The notes beneath the pieces are model-generated. The model did not search any database. It was not told the origin of the DNA and saw nothing but the letters and a program-made list of their open reading frames with translations. Of a stretch of 64,000 nt of DNA, positions 1-12,409 are shown one piece after another; position 1 is the first letter of the stretch, and every line of letters begins with the position of its first letter. The stretch spans positions 13,748,414 through 13,812,413 of the forward strand of contig NC_068981.1 of the NCBI RefSeq assembly GCF_001194135.2. Direction: 5' to 3'. This DNA comes from Octopus bimaculoides. Taxonomy: Eukaryota. Both the position numbers and the translations under genes were made by a program.

Positions 1-419
1 ATATATATATATATATAATAAAACGAATGGTTTACACCTCACTTTCACACTGTTCATTATGTAAATAAAAGACGTAAGATGGAACGTACGAGAAGTTTGC
101 TATTATTAATCACGACAATAGTTTGGCACATCTACCATCAATCCCTCAGGAGGTGGGTCACTTAACAACTGGTTCAGGAGCGTCCGGAGGTGCAGATGTG
201 TTTCATTGGGTGAGAAATAGATATAAATCGTTAAGTCAAAAGTTTCCCAAGGTATCTTCACATTTTGTAGAAAGAAAAGCAGCAAAACGAATGTAATACC
301 TTCATTTACATAGAAGACCAAAAATAAAATCACAGATGCATAAAAGAAAGGAATACGCAATACACCGAGAAATGTATTAGAAATAACTGTTAACAAATAT
401 GGGCATACAAACGCCATCT

Positions 420-632
420 TTGTGTCTATGTTTGTCCTCCACCAACGTTTGACGAACACAACTTCCTGGTTCGGCGAAAGAGTCCAATAGAATAAGTACC
501 AGCACCACCACTACTACCCACCCCCCTAAAAAAAAGGAAAAGAAAACTGGAACCGGGTTCGGTTCATTCACTTAAAAATCCTTCAGGACAGTGATCCAGC
601 ATGGCCGCAGTCTGACTGAAATATAAAAGATA
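420..632 (+). mobile_element. SINE family C, 3' part, degenerate
   Basis: Shares ggttcggcgaaagag..aatagaataagtaccag and ccagcatggccgcagtc..actgaaa with the copies at 7831 and 55185 (which are in the opposite orientation). Confidence 0.7.
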
Positions 633-1082
633 AACTATATGGCAAAGAAATATTTTGTGGACATCAAAAGTTAAGCATATAAAACTAACTCCAGCACAAT
701 ATGAGTCAGCATCTGTTAATGTTACTTTAAATGCTAAACTGTATTTACGATAAGAATAATGCATATCATAACAATTTTATCATCAAATATTTACATAAAC
801 CACATGCTGGAGTGAAATAACTCAGTGGGACTTTCTGAATACTAAATAGTAGGCGAAAAAATTAACATCAGATATATCACATATTCATTTGAAGAATTAT
901 ACTCAGGTGAAAATATCAAAGAGGATGTGTGAAATATCGAATGAAGTCATAGTGATCAATCTAGTATGATCAATGGAGATAAATTATTTGACAATACAGA
1001 TATTTTACATCAATCGGAATGTATCTGGTTGTTAAAAAAACAGCTACTGAAAGCAACGGTCATGCTTAGGTATTCCAACATC

Positions 1083-1084
1083 TC

Positions 1085-1123
<39 letters not shown>

Positions 1124-1207
1124 NNNNNNNNNNNNNNNNNNNNNNNNNNNNNNNNNNNNNNNNNNNNNNNNNNNNNNNNNNNNNNNNNNNNNNNNNNNNN
1201 NNNNNNN

Positions 1208-1246
<39 letters not shown>

Positions 1247-1260
1247 GCACACACACACAC
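1083..1260. repeat. (CT)n and (CA)n microsatellites flanking an assembly gap
   Basis: Direct reading; N-run at 1124-1207. Confidence 0.95.
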
Positions 1261-1648
1261 TCCTATACCTATATATACATATATACCTTTGTTTTGGGAT
1301 CACTACTACTTTGTTATCTCCCCTTCTTCTTAACTCTCCTGTGTGACCCTTCCGTCTGGCATTCGCCATGATATAATAGAATATCGACCTCCGCTCTGCT
1401 AGTATTTGTAGACTAATGAGTCCACCTTGCAGTGAATTGATAATAACACCGAACAATCTAACGAAGTTCGTTTGTGTAGACTAAACACGATATATTCTCG
1501 TATCGGCTGTAAAAGTTAAGAGTTTGACCAACTCTCACAGGAACAGATGTAGACACACTATATTCGCGCTGCTGCTACTGAATCATGGATCTATCATGTT
1601 CGAGTAGTCAAAACGATTTAACTCTATTTATAATATTTCTGTAATATA

Positions 1649-1866
1649 GGGGGCGAATTGTCAGAAATCTTAGTACGCCGGGCGAAATGCTTAGCCGCAT
1701 TTCGTCTGTCTTTACTTTCTGAGTTCAAATTCCGCCGAGGTCGACTTTGCCTTTCATCCTTTCGTAGTCGATAAATTAATTACCTGTTACGTACTGTTGT
1801 GACTCTAATCGACTGGCCCATTTACCCAAAATTTCGGGCCTTGTGCCTATAGCATAAAATAATATT
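1649..1866 (+). mobile_element. SINE family A (Deu/Nin-like core)
   Basis: ggcgaaatgcttagc..gagttcaaattccgccgaggtcgactttgcctttcatcctttcg..gataaatt; repeated about 10 times in the window. Confidence 0.9.
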
Positions 1867-2230
1867 TCTGTAATAAACATGGGATGTAATCGGTGCGAAT
1901 GTCCTTGATCGACATGATATAATTGGGGGGCTAAATATAGACCACAACAAATATGGGACATACTTGATCGTTCAACTATACTATCGTAATTTGTTTTTCG
2001 GGGAAATCCTTAGACATTTGTAGTTGCTGAAATAATGTTAAGCTTGATATTAACAGATTGTCGATAGATTATTTGAACGCTTCTTAGCTTTAACCATCCA
2101 TACATATTGTAACAGAATATTATAGACGATGATGTTCATAGAATGATATTATCGTGCAAAATCGAAGGCCAGAGTGTTGCATACATCGTAGGGGGTAAGC
2201 TACATTCTTTACAATATTTGGTTATATGAA

Positions 2231-2425
2231 AAGGCGGTGGGCGAAATGCTTAGCGATATTTCGTCTGCCGTTACGTTCTGAGTTCAAATTCCGCCGAGGC
2301 TGACTTTGCATTTCATCCTTTCGGGGTCCATGAATTAAATACCAATTGCGTACTGGGGTCGATCTAATCGACTGGCCCCTTCTGCAAAAATTTCGGGCCT
2401 TGTACCTAGAGTAGAAAAGAATATT
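2231..2425 (+). mobile_element. SINE family A
   Basis: Same core as 1649; the head has an internal deletion. Confidence 0.9.
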
Positions 2426-4289
2426 TGGTTAGATGAAGCAGCAACATTTACCCATTATAGCATTGAGATTAGTCAGTGAACTGTAAAGCTTATTTATTTA
2501 TATTTTAAATTAAGCATGCATTATCTCACAACTTCAAGATTTCGATGATGTGATTGTTTATTTTTAGAATTACGTTGTAAGTTAGATGAAAGAGGCCAGA
2601 TCTGACCGGTTTAAGCATACATACTGGTTGAGCACTGGAGTCAACATACTCAACTTACCCACTCGCAAGAAATTGCTGGTCTTGCGCCAAAATTTGAAGC
2701 CATTATTCTGTTAGGTTCATCTTGCATATTTTATACTTAGTACATTGGCTCAGGAACGAAATTTGATTAGGCGGTTCAATCCGAGGGTCGAAACTTTTAA
2801 AAACAAGGTCTTATTGCTTTTTAATTTATTTTAGTTCGTTGTCCTTTGAGAAGAAATCAAACTCCGACTTACTTTCTACAGGTCACTTTTTACACACAGT
2901 TTCCTATACATTTTGATTTTGCACCCCACCAGAAATTGCAGGAGGTGTGCTTGCAGCCCCCTGCGTTCCTTTCACCCCATTTTTCCTGACTCATTATGGA
3001 GTATCAAAATCATAATTATCTTGTAGACCCTGCATAGTAGAATAAACACTGTTTCACTTGTTCTTGCAATTTCACAAAAAGAAACAATACCAAATTCAAG
3101 TATGCAAATATTTGAAGAATTTTGTTGATAGAGTTTATTTTGAAATTTATAATGGAGAGTCAATTAAGAATTAACAGTGGTATGCGTTTGATAACTAGGC
3201 TTCAGTAAACATACCATAAATATTAACGACAGATGTTGTTTTCCAATATACTGCGAATGAGCTTGATGTATTCACACTGAGCAATACAATGTTTTGTATA
3301 AGTAACTGCTTGGTCTCTTCTCTTTTTCTTTATTACTTCGCCTCAAAAGATGTGGAATTAAAAACGTTGAAATATTGTCTGAGAAATATATAGAAATATC
3401 TCTCATTTGTTAGCTCCAGTGCCAAGTCCATTCAAATCTGATTCCAGACAGAAGTATACAATTAGGTATTGACAACTGGCAAATAAGCAAGTAAGAATTT
3501 CTTTGAAAATATCCTGTGGCAGTCTCTGATAAAACTAAGTAAACAACAACCGATAGAAACGAAAACTTACAACTTTTACATCTTTTATCGTTTTCTTTTA
3601 TTGTACAACGCCATGCTGCGAAACCGCTTTCAAAGTTTTAGTCTGTCATATCGACTCAGTACATATTTCAGTCTAGTAGCTAATTTACCGCTCTCTCTAT
3701 ATATGTATCGAACCATTACTTTGCGGTTTGAGGCATAAAGGAACATATCATTTCACCCTATTTTCCACCGTCATGTTCTAACTGAGTGATAGAATTAATC
3801 TGTAAACTGGGCCATTGCCACCACTTTCTCTATTGTGTGTTTTTAGTGGAGTTTATTCTAATACAAACCATTAGACCAGGCTTCACATTTGATGATACCT
3901 TCCTCTCACCCTCTCACAAATCTCGAAGTCCCTATCAAGGGTAATGCGTATTGCATCCCCTCCTGTATAAAAGATTAAAAAACAAATAAAAACACAGACA
4001 TTGAAACACATATACACGCATGGACACATACAGATACACATACACATATACGTATACAAACATTTACAAACATACACACCTTCACTCACACACATAGATA
4101 CAGGCACATTATAATTATGATTATAAGTATCATTACTGTTATTGTTGGGTTAATGGTGGTAGTATTTCGTTCTTGGTGTAACTGGTTGTGCTAATTGTTC
4201 GTATGAATATGGAAATATCCTTTCCTAAACCCCTATAGGGGTTAAATGTTGTTAGATAAGAGTCGATAATTATATCTAAAAGAAACTTC

Positions 4290-4500
4290 TTGATGAATGC
4301 TTTGAAATTCTTCTGAAATAAATCGGAATCATAATTGTTTATGGGACTTATAAGTTGCTAGGTCATCGTTTGTGTCCAGGCGTGAGTTCTGGGTGATAGA
4401 CGCTTTAGAGTGTCTTGGATAAATGATCCAAAGAGATCTGAAAACTCAGACCCATGGTGACTTTCCAACGAAGCATCATCCACTTAAAAGAAAATTTCGT
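4290..4500 (-). mobile_element. Possible 3' remnant of a CR1/L2-type LINE
   Basis: Minus frame LSPRTHAW...PINNYDSDLFQKNFK resembles the xxPRTxxxWNxLP..YDLxxFK C-terminus. Heavily decayed. Confidence 0.3.
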
Positions 4501-4532
4501 TTTTAACTCAATCTTAATACCTTGCTTCTTCA

Positions 4533-4740
4533 GAGCGTCGAGCTGACAGAATCGTTAGCACGCCAGGGGAAATGCCTAGCTGCATTTCGGCCGTTTTTTT
4601 GCGTTTTTATTTCAAATTACCCCGAAGTCGAGTTTGCTTTTCATCCCTTTCAGGGTTGATAGAATACTGGAGTCGTAGTAACCGACTTACCCTCTCCTTC
4701 AGACTTGTTGATCACGTGTCAAAATTTGAAATCAATATCT
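4533..4740 (+). mobile_element. SINE family A, diverged
   Basis: gagctgacagaatcgttagcacgcc..ttcaaatt..gtcgagtttgcttttcatcc. Confidence 0.8.
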
Positions 4741-5578
4741 TGCTTCTAGAGTTCTAAGGATTTTAAGAGGAGAGATTTATTTGTAGGAGAGTAGAAATCC
4801 TTACTATAAAATGTATTAAATGGTAAAGTTATCAGTCGTTTTGTTATCGGCATCACGTAGCTTATTGATATTGCTGGAGTAACATGACACGTTTCACTAG
4901 TACAGCAGTACTCACGGAAAAAAAATAAAAGGCAAAAAGAAAAAAAAAACGACAACCCAATGATATGCAAATTGCGTACACGTTTTTGCAACACTTAAAA
5001 GGATTAATAAATCTGAGTTTAGGCTTGGAAGGAAATTACTGTTGCTGCCATTAAGGCCTTAAGTGTAGTATGGTACGGCTGCATTCATACGCGCTCGCAT
5101 GTACGTGTGTGCGTGTGTGTGTGTATACCAAATTAAAAGGGTTGCTTATCAGCAATTAGAACCTAAAGGCAGAATTAATAGAGGTCACGAAAGTGACCGA
5201 GGGCACTGACTAGCACCGCTTTTGCTAAAGATAAGAGTTAAACTAACTCAAATACACAAATGCCCTGTCTTAAGTGATAGATATATATCAGTGTGTGTGT
5301 CAGTACATCCTCCGATATGCTATGAATATCGAGTGCTCAGTTATGTAAAGTTAAGCTAAGCTTTTATACGTCTAAAACATACCAAAATACATAAATATTG
5401 ACATTAAAATATTTATTTTCATAAAACTATTCGTATAATCTAGTGTAATATGCATGCACATTCTTGTATGTATATTAGATTATATTATTAACACGTATTT
5501 TCTTTATACATTTGTATCATGCATGTATATATACACACACACACATATATGTATATTTATATAGATCACATAAATATG

Positions 5579-5580
<2 letters not shown>

Positions 5581-5632
<52 letters not shown>

Positions 5633-5642
5633 GTGTGTGTGT
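5581..5642. repeat. (TG)n microsatellite
   Basis: Direct reading. Confidence 0.95.
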
Positions 5643-7830
5643 ACGTACGTGAAGATATATGAGTTTATTATTTACATGTGTCTATCCTGATGCGTGTGTG
5701 TATGGCAGCATACATACGTAAGGGAAACTGAATTCAATGACTAGATCCATGCTAAGCTCGTGCTGTTCATCATTGCAAAGAATCGATTTTTAAGCCTTGG
5801 TAGAAAAATGTAGAATACCATGGAGATAGACAAATTGATAAAAGACAACCTGAAAGCAGTATATAATGTAAAAAGGGGATGGTTAGAAAACGGTTCGCAA
5901 AATATCTATTAAGTAGATAAAATCTTTGTGGCAGAATATTTCTTGTTTACATATCATCAACTCAGTGAACATCAATGCAGACTGATGTTCTAAATAATAG
6001 CAAGTAGAGAAAAGGATAGGGTGGAAGAGAAAATATCATATAAAATAACATGAGGACATGAATAAACAATTTTTTTTTTTAATGTATATAAAAATTGCAA
6101 ACAAAAATGATGGAAATTAATGAAGTGAAATAAAATATAAACTAACATAAGAAAGTAAAAAGAGCAGGAGGAATACTAAATAGATGACAAGTAAGATATA
6201 TAGCGGTGTGTTGTTGATGGTATTAGAAATAAATAACAAGCAGAAGGTTTGCGTTTGACACATCACCAACACATAACTTGTTATTAAAGTTTGTTCTATG
6301 AAGAACCAAATATCAGATGAGAACTAATCCATACTCATGACAAAGTAGCGCAAACGCAATCAGAAAGTGTAATGTGTTTGTGAAATAAATCGTGTGTATG
6401 CTGTGATATTAATTTTGATATGTAATGTAACTTTAAGCAGTACGTTACATAGAATTGCGCAGTGCGTCATATTTTATGTTATTAAAAATTAAAAATAAAA
6501 CTCTAGGGAATCACTATAAACTATTTGACCAGAAGGGTTCAGCTTTCCTTTTCTTTCTGTTAAGAATTTCGTGTCTGTGCTAGGGATTTTTTTCCAGAGG
6601 TGTCCATTATATTTAGCGATCTTGAATCGTATGAAATGCACAAGGGGAGATAATCCAATCGGACTTTCATAATATACAGATTCTCAATCTACGATAAAAT
6701 AAACACAAGCAATTACATGAATATATATATATATATANNNNNNNNNNNNNNNNNNNNNNNNNNNNNNNNNNNNNNNNNNNNNNNNNNNNNNNNNNNNNNN
6801 NNNNNNNNNNNNNNNNNNNNNNNNNNNNNNNNNNNNNNNNNNNNNNNNNNNNNNNNNNNNNNNNNNNNNNNNNNNNNNNNNNNNNNNNNNNNNNNNNNNN
6901 NNNNNNNNNNNNNNNNNNNNNNNNNNNNNNNNNNNNNNNNNNNNNNNNNNNNNNNNNNNNNNNNNNNNNNNNNNNNNNNNNNNNNNNNNNNNNNNNNNNN
7001 NNNNNNNNNNNNNNNNNNNNNNNNNNNNNNNNNNNNNNNNNNNNNNNNNNNNNNNNNNNNNNNNNNNNNNNNNNNNNNNNNNNNNNNNNNNNNNNNNNNN
7101 NNNNNNNNNNNNNNNNNNNNNNNNNNNNNNNNNNNNNNNNNNNNNNNNNNNNNNNNNNNNNNNNNNNNNNNNNNNNNNNNNNNNNNNNNNNNNNNNNNNN
7201 NNNNNNNNNNNNNNNNNNNNNNNNNNNNNNNNNNNNNNNNNNNNNNNNNNNNNNNNNNNNNNNNNNNNNNNNNNNNNNNNNNNNNNNNNNNNNNNNNNNN
7301 NNNNNNNNNNNNNNNNNNNNNNNNNNNNNNNNNNNNNNNNNNNNNNNNNNNNNNNNNNNNNNNNNNNNNNNNNNNNNNNNNNNNNNNNNNNNNNNNNNNN
7401 NNNNNNNNNNNNNNNNNNNNNNNNNNNNNNNNNNNNNNNNNNNNNNNNNNNNNNNNNNNNNNNNNNNNNNNNNNNNNNNNNNNNNNNNNNNNNNNNNNNN
7501 NNNNNNNNNNNNNNNNNNNNNNNNNNNNNNNNNNNNNNNNNNNNNNNNNNNNNNNNNNNNNNNNNNNNNNNNNNNNNNNNNNNNNNNNNNNNNNNNNNNN
7601 NNNNNNNNNNNNNNNNNNNNNNNNNNNNNNNNNNNNNNNNNNNNNNNNNNNNNNNNNNNNNNNNCAGCCAAAGAACTACTGATTCTAAAACTACAATTTT
7701 TTTAAAACTACAATTTTTTCTCTAGGCTGCTGTTTCTGAATTCTCAGTATGTTGGAGAAGCAGGTTTCTGCTAATCCCTATATATTTATGATTATATATA
7801 TATATATATATATAAATGTATATATATATA

Positions 7831-8005
7831 CTCTTCTACTTGTTTCAGACATTAAACTGCGGCCATGCTAAAGCACCACCTTTGGTCGAGCAAATTGACC
7901 CCAGGACTTATTCTAGCGGTCTCATTCTGCCGAACCGCTAGTTTGCGGGGACGTAAACACACCAGTATCGGTTGTCAAGCGATGTTCGTGGGACAAACAC
8001 AGTCA
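7831..8005 (-). mobile_element. SINE family C, 3' half
   Basis: tacttgtttcag..gcggccatgct..agcacc..gtcgagcaaattgaccccaggactt..gccgaaccgcta..ggggacgtaaacacacc; homologous to 55185-55546. Confidence 0.85.
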
Positions 8006-8089
8006 AAGTCCTTCAACAATTATCGACGAACACCGATGTTCCAAGCTTGATAATTGACGAGGCTGAAATAAAGCAGGAACTGGTATCTT

Positions 8090-8255
8090 ACTCCTTGATT
8101 CCCTTGCAATATATGTAAAAGTATAAGTTTCAATTTGCCTGTTTCAAGCTCACTGCGCAGGAGCAGCATGAAATGAATTCCTTTGCTCAAGAATACAACG
8201 CGTAACCTCTCTGGGAGAGTACGTCACGTCTAAACACTAGGCCAAGTGACTTCAA
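8090..8255 (-). mobile_element. SINE family B' head and core, degenerate
   Basis: Contains the reverse complement of the gttgtattcttgagcaaagg core seen at 24200, 29550 and 32515. Confidence 0.5.
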
Positions 8256-8278
8256 GGTATATGTATGTATGTATGTAT

Positions 8279-8363
8279 GTATGTATGAATTACTTGTATG
8301 TATGAATTACTTGTATGTATGAATTACTTGTATGTATGAATTACTTGTATGTATGAATTACTT
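8279..8363. repeat. 17-bp minisatellite GTATGTATGAATTACTT x5
   Basis: Five exact tandem copies directly after a (GTAT)n run. Confidence 0.95.
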
Positions 8364-8589
8364 GTTTATTTGAATTGACTACATGTATATATATTTCTTG
8401 CTGATTCCCTTGCGTTTCTAACTGCGATTGAATATAGAGAACAAATTTTAGAGTGGATTGTAGGTATTTGACACCTACTTCTAGCATCGGTGACGGTCAT
8501 TTCCATTAGCCCTTAACTATGATTATATTTTTATAGTTATATACGTAAAAAGATCAATGTTACCTATACGTTCATTTTTATTTCCCCAA

Positions 8590-8635
8590 GACACCTGATG
8601 ATGGCTGGAGGGTATATCAGCCGAAACGTTGTGTT
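8590..8635 (+). ncRNA. Minimal type I hammerhead ribozyme motif of a Penelope-like element terminus
   Basis: GACAC [stem I] CTGATGA T GGCTG-gagggtatat-CAGCC [stem II] GAA ACGT [palindromic stem III] T GTGTT [stem I']. All core nucleotides are present. Confidence 0.8.
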
Positions 8636-8699
8636 AACAACTAACAAGATGTAAATAATATAAATAATGTAAATAATGTTAAATATAGTTTTTGATATT

Positions 8700-9000
8700 T
8701 TTAGCTGGTCTTGTGTGGCTTGATGTATATGCAAAACAGGTGTGGTATGAATGAATTTATAGGAAGAAAAACGAAATGGTTGTATAAGAAAAGAACAAAG
8801 AAAAAGAGAAAGAAAGTATAGGTTGAGTGTTGAGATTTAAGGATGTTAAGAATAATAGTTTTTCTGCTGTGACCAGATTAAATTGTGTTGGTTCGATAGC
8901 AACTGCTGAATTGGTTATATTTCGTGTGTAGCGGGGATTTTTGCTTGTTTATATGTTATTGTTTGGGTTCATTGACGCATGTAGGCGAAATGGGCTGCTG
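8700..9000 (-). mobile_element. Probable Penelope-like element remnant (GIY-YIG C-terminal end)
   Basis: Minus frame ...NLVTAEKLLFLTSLNLNTQP resembles the LxxxEKLxIxxxxPxLNxQ end of PLE endonucleases and lies next to the hammerhead. Confidence 0.4.
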
Positions 9001-9519
9001 AAAGTTAGCGTTATACAGGAAATTTATGTGGTAGATCACAATACATGATTACTTCATGATTTTCTAAAATTTATTCAGAATTGCCTGTAAGAGTTTATAT
9101 CTTTTATTATACTCTTTTAAGGCTTATGCAAAAAATCTTTATGAATATAGGTTTAAGCTGAGTCAAAGCGTGGAACAAAATGTCAAACGTCTATAAAAAT
9201 ATATATTCTTTCTCTCGTCCTTTGGTTTTTTCATACATCCGCTTCTGCTGTCTCTCTGGAAACTCATATACACATCACCTATTTTTAGAAGTTCATGATT
9301 CTGTCCTGAAGATAAGTAGCACTCCACAAAAAAAAAAAAAAAAAAATTCTATAGCAATGTTAAATTACTATTTGATAATAGCAATAAGTCGGAACTTCGA
9401 AGTTGCAATCAATTATTTCCTTCGATATTTTATACACACCCACGTACCCACACATATTCTAAGAAATATAACAGGAGAACGAATAGGGATGCAGTATAAA
9501 TGTGTATATATAAGCATCG

Positions 9520-9660
9520 AATAGCTGTGAAAACAGCTCAGAAGATCGGGTAAGTACCCTTAGCGGAAATACAAAAGTGACATGCAAGCTGCTACACACA
9601 ATCAAACCTTGTACCCCTCAAATTCCGGGTGAGTGCTCTGTACCATTAAGCTAAGGGATC
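9520..9660 (-). mobile_element. tRNA-derived SINE head, other family
   Basis: Minus strand tagcttaatggtacagagcac...ggtttgatt gives decayed Pol III A and B boxes; no intact cloverleaf. Confidence 0.4.
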
Positions 9661-10251
9661 CCTGACAACAAATGTTGTCTTTCATAACGCTATATAATAG
9701 CTTTAGGAATATGAGAATATATTTTATTCAAAGCATTAGGGGCCCCGAGTGAGTTGGCATCTTACAGAAAATAAAGTAAACCTCGAATGCAGAATAGCCG
9801 TGAAAATATCGGAATAGCCGTGTAAATATCGTGTAAATATCCTTAGAAGACGGAAAAAATTGACCAGCAAGCCACGAGCGCACACACAAACACCCAGCCC
9901 CACATATACAGTGAAGATTAGGTTTATTGAAATTTCAAGTTTTGGTTATCGGTTTGTTCAGCAAGTGAAGGAAACTTTGCTAGTGTTTTTTTTACCTATG
10001 TACGGGAGTCAACTTCATCAAATAAATGGGATCTGTGTGATGAGTTTTGCAAGTTGTATAAAATTCCAACGAAAGCAATTGCTATTTTTTTTAAGGTAAT
10101 GAGCTAAAGATCAAGAAGCAGATTAATCGGTTTGGTCATTAGAAGTGTTATTGACGAAGAAGATTAGGGAATGTATGGGTGAAACGAAAATAAGAAATGA
10201 GGATTTCTTTTAGATGTAATTGTTTAGCATATTTCAGGGCATCATGTAAAT

Positions 10252-10501
10252 CAATGGTTCTCAGCTGGAGTCCATATGGTCCCTGGGGTATCCTTATAAG
10301 ATTTTGTTGCTAAAATGTTTGTGCAATAAATTGGTTATATTTCCACAATATACGAAATATTTTAACAATTAAAAAAAAATTCTTAATATATAAATTTGAA
10401 AATATTATGGATTTTTTAGAAACATCGAATGGCTGTGAGGGTCTACCCAATAAAAGAGGAATCAAAGGAGTTCATAGGCAAAAAATGATTGAGGAACACT
10501 G
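10252..10501 (+). mobile_element. hAT (Buster/Charlie-type) MITE
   Basis: Decayed TIRs caatggttctcagc / gattgaggaacactg and an 8-bp TSD atgtaaat / atgcaaat with central TA. Confidence 0.8.
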
Positions 10502-11824
10502 ATGCAAATTTGTGTGAAGGAATCACTTAACTTTCTAACTAAATGCGTGTGAGAGTTTTTAAAACAATTTTGTATATATGTCTATAGAAATAAAGAACTG
10601 CTATAAGTCTATATTTCTATTTTTTCCATAAGAATCTCGTTTGTTATATTTTTTCAGTTACAAATTTAAAATATCGTATATATAAAGGAAAACTATAAAA
10701 ATTTTATGATTCTCATGCTAATAAGAACTATGGTAAAACTCAATGAATTTAGAAATCACTTGAAAAAGTAATGTAAATCTCAGCGAAAAAACAAGACCAA
10801 CTTACTTTGGAATAATTAGTTTCGATGCACAAATGTTTTCTTTACAATAAAATTCATGCTTGTTGATAATAGGGACGCAAATAAACGTCACCAAACGCAT
10901 ATAGGAAAAAGAGCTAACGGGCAAATGGAAATTTTAGATTTCTATAATATAAACTCATCTAGTATTTATATACTTTTACAAGCATATATACATACACACA
11001 CACACACATATATATATATAAGGATATATGTATATATATATATATATNNNNNNNNNNNNNNNNNNNNNNNNNNNNNNNNNNNNNNNNNNNNNNNNNNNNN
11101 NNNNNNNNNNNNNNNNNNNNNNNNNNNNNNNNNNNNNNNNNNNNNNNNNNNNNNNNNNNNNNNNNNNNNNNNNNNNNATACAATTATTTTAGAAACAGGT
11201 ATACACTCTCAAATACGTTGGCATACATGCACACACACACAGACACACGCTCACTTATTTAGAAAATCAAATATATACTTCACATAAATTCCATATGACA
11301 TTTAAACGTTTTTAGGAATAAACTCTTAAACTTTGTAAGAATCAGTCCATTTACAAGTTACTCTGAATATGGTAAGCTGTTATATCGAATAAACCTTATT
11401 ATTATTTTCCTCTAGTTCTTCCTCTTCATTACATTCCCGGTTCGCATCCCTTCTGGTTATCTACCTTTTCACTCTATTTCTTGGTCTTTAACTCTTTATA
11501 TTATTTACTACTTAACAAATATTTCATTGAAATTTTATGTCAATTGTACAATCTATTATACATACGCCATTCATTTGACATAGCTTCTCTCTCTAGAAAA
11601 ACAGCCAGACTAAGATTGTTTCTCTGGCTGAACAAACCGAAAGACGAAACATGAAATCTTGACCAATGTTAACTTCGCGATAAATCTGGCTTTTCTCTCA
11701 CCATAGAATCACATCATCAACAATTGCTTAGTTATTATTCATTAATGAACGTATCATAACATAATTTAGCACACACACACACACACATGCTCATACACAC
11801 ATGCGTACATACACACAGGTTTGT

Positions 11825-11925
11825 ACAGGACAGTTTCCGTTCCCATATTGTATATACAAAGTGTTAATCACGTGATTCTATGGTGAAAATACTTGGTCAG
11901 TGGGTCGCCAAGTAATATTCAGTCC
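11825..11925 (-). mobile_element. SINE family C head region, very degenerate
   Basis: cagtttccgt...aaaatacttggtcagtgg aligns loosely to 55410-55490. Confidence 0.4.
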
Positions 11926-12409
11926 TGGAATAAGTAATTCTCTTAACCACATAATCATACATCTCTCCGATGTTCCACAAAATATGCCTCGATATAATAC
12001 TTGTTACATTAAAATATCTTATTTACACATTTATAGACGATGTATGATTAGTTTGTTTCATACATCTCGCGGATCATTATATATTATTATCAAGTCAGTA
12101 AAATATAGTTTAGACTTTAAACAAGGCATAACAAGAAAATATATCTTATATATTTTTATAAGATATTTGAAGTCTTACATTCATGATTTTCTAAATATAA
12201 TGATTGAATGTGAGATGGAGTGAATAATATTTATTTTTTAAGTATTACACATATTTGACATTCGATTTCTTTAAGCTAGGATCAGCCTTTGGCGGACTGA
12301 CTTCTCATGAAATATATTTCAGCCTTCACTATCGCGAACTTTTGTATTTTAGGCACTACATTAGACACAGTTTCTTTGATTTATTTAAATGGTAGATTAT
12401 ATTCTGAAG

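Noticed and set aside
6667-7682. Long ORFs full of X (also at about 22.2, 40.9, 42.6, 46.5, 47.6, 49.1 and 52.9 kb)
   Set aside because: Artefacts of N-gaps and flanking (TA)n; no coding information.
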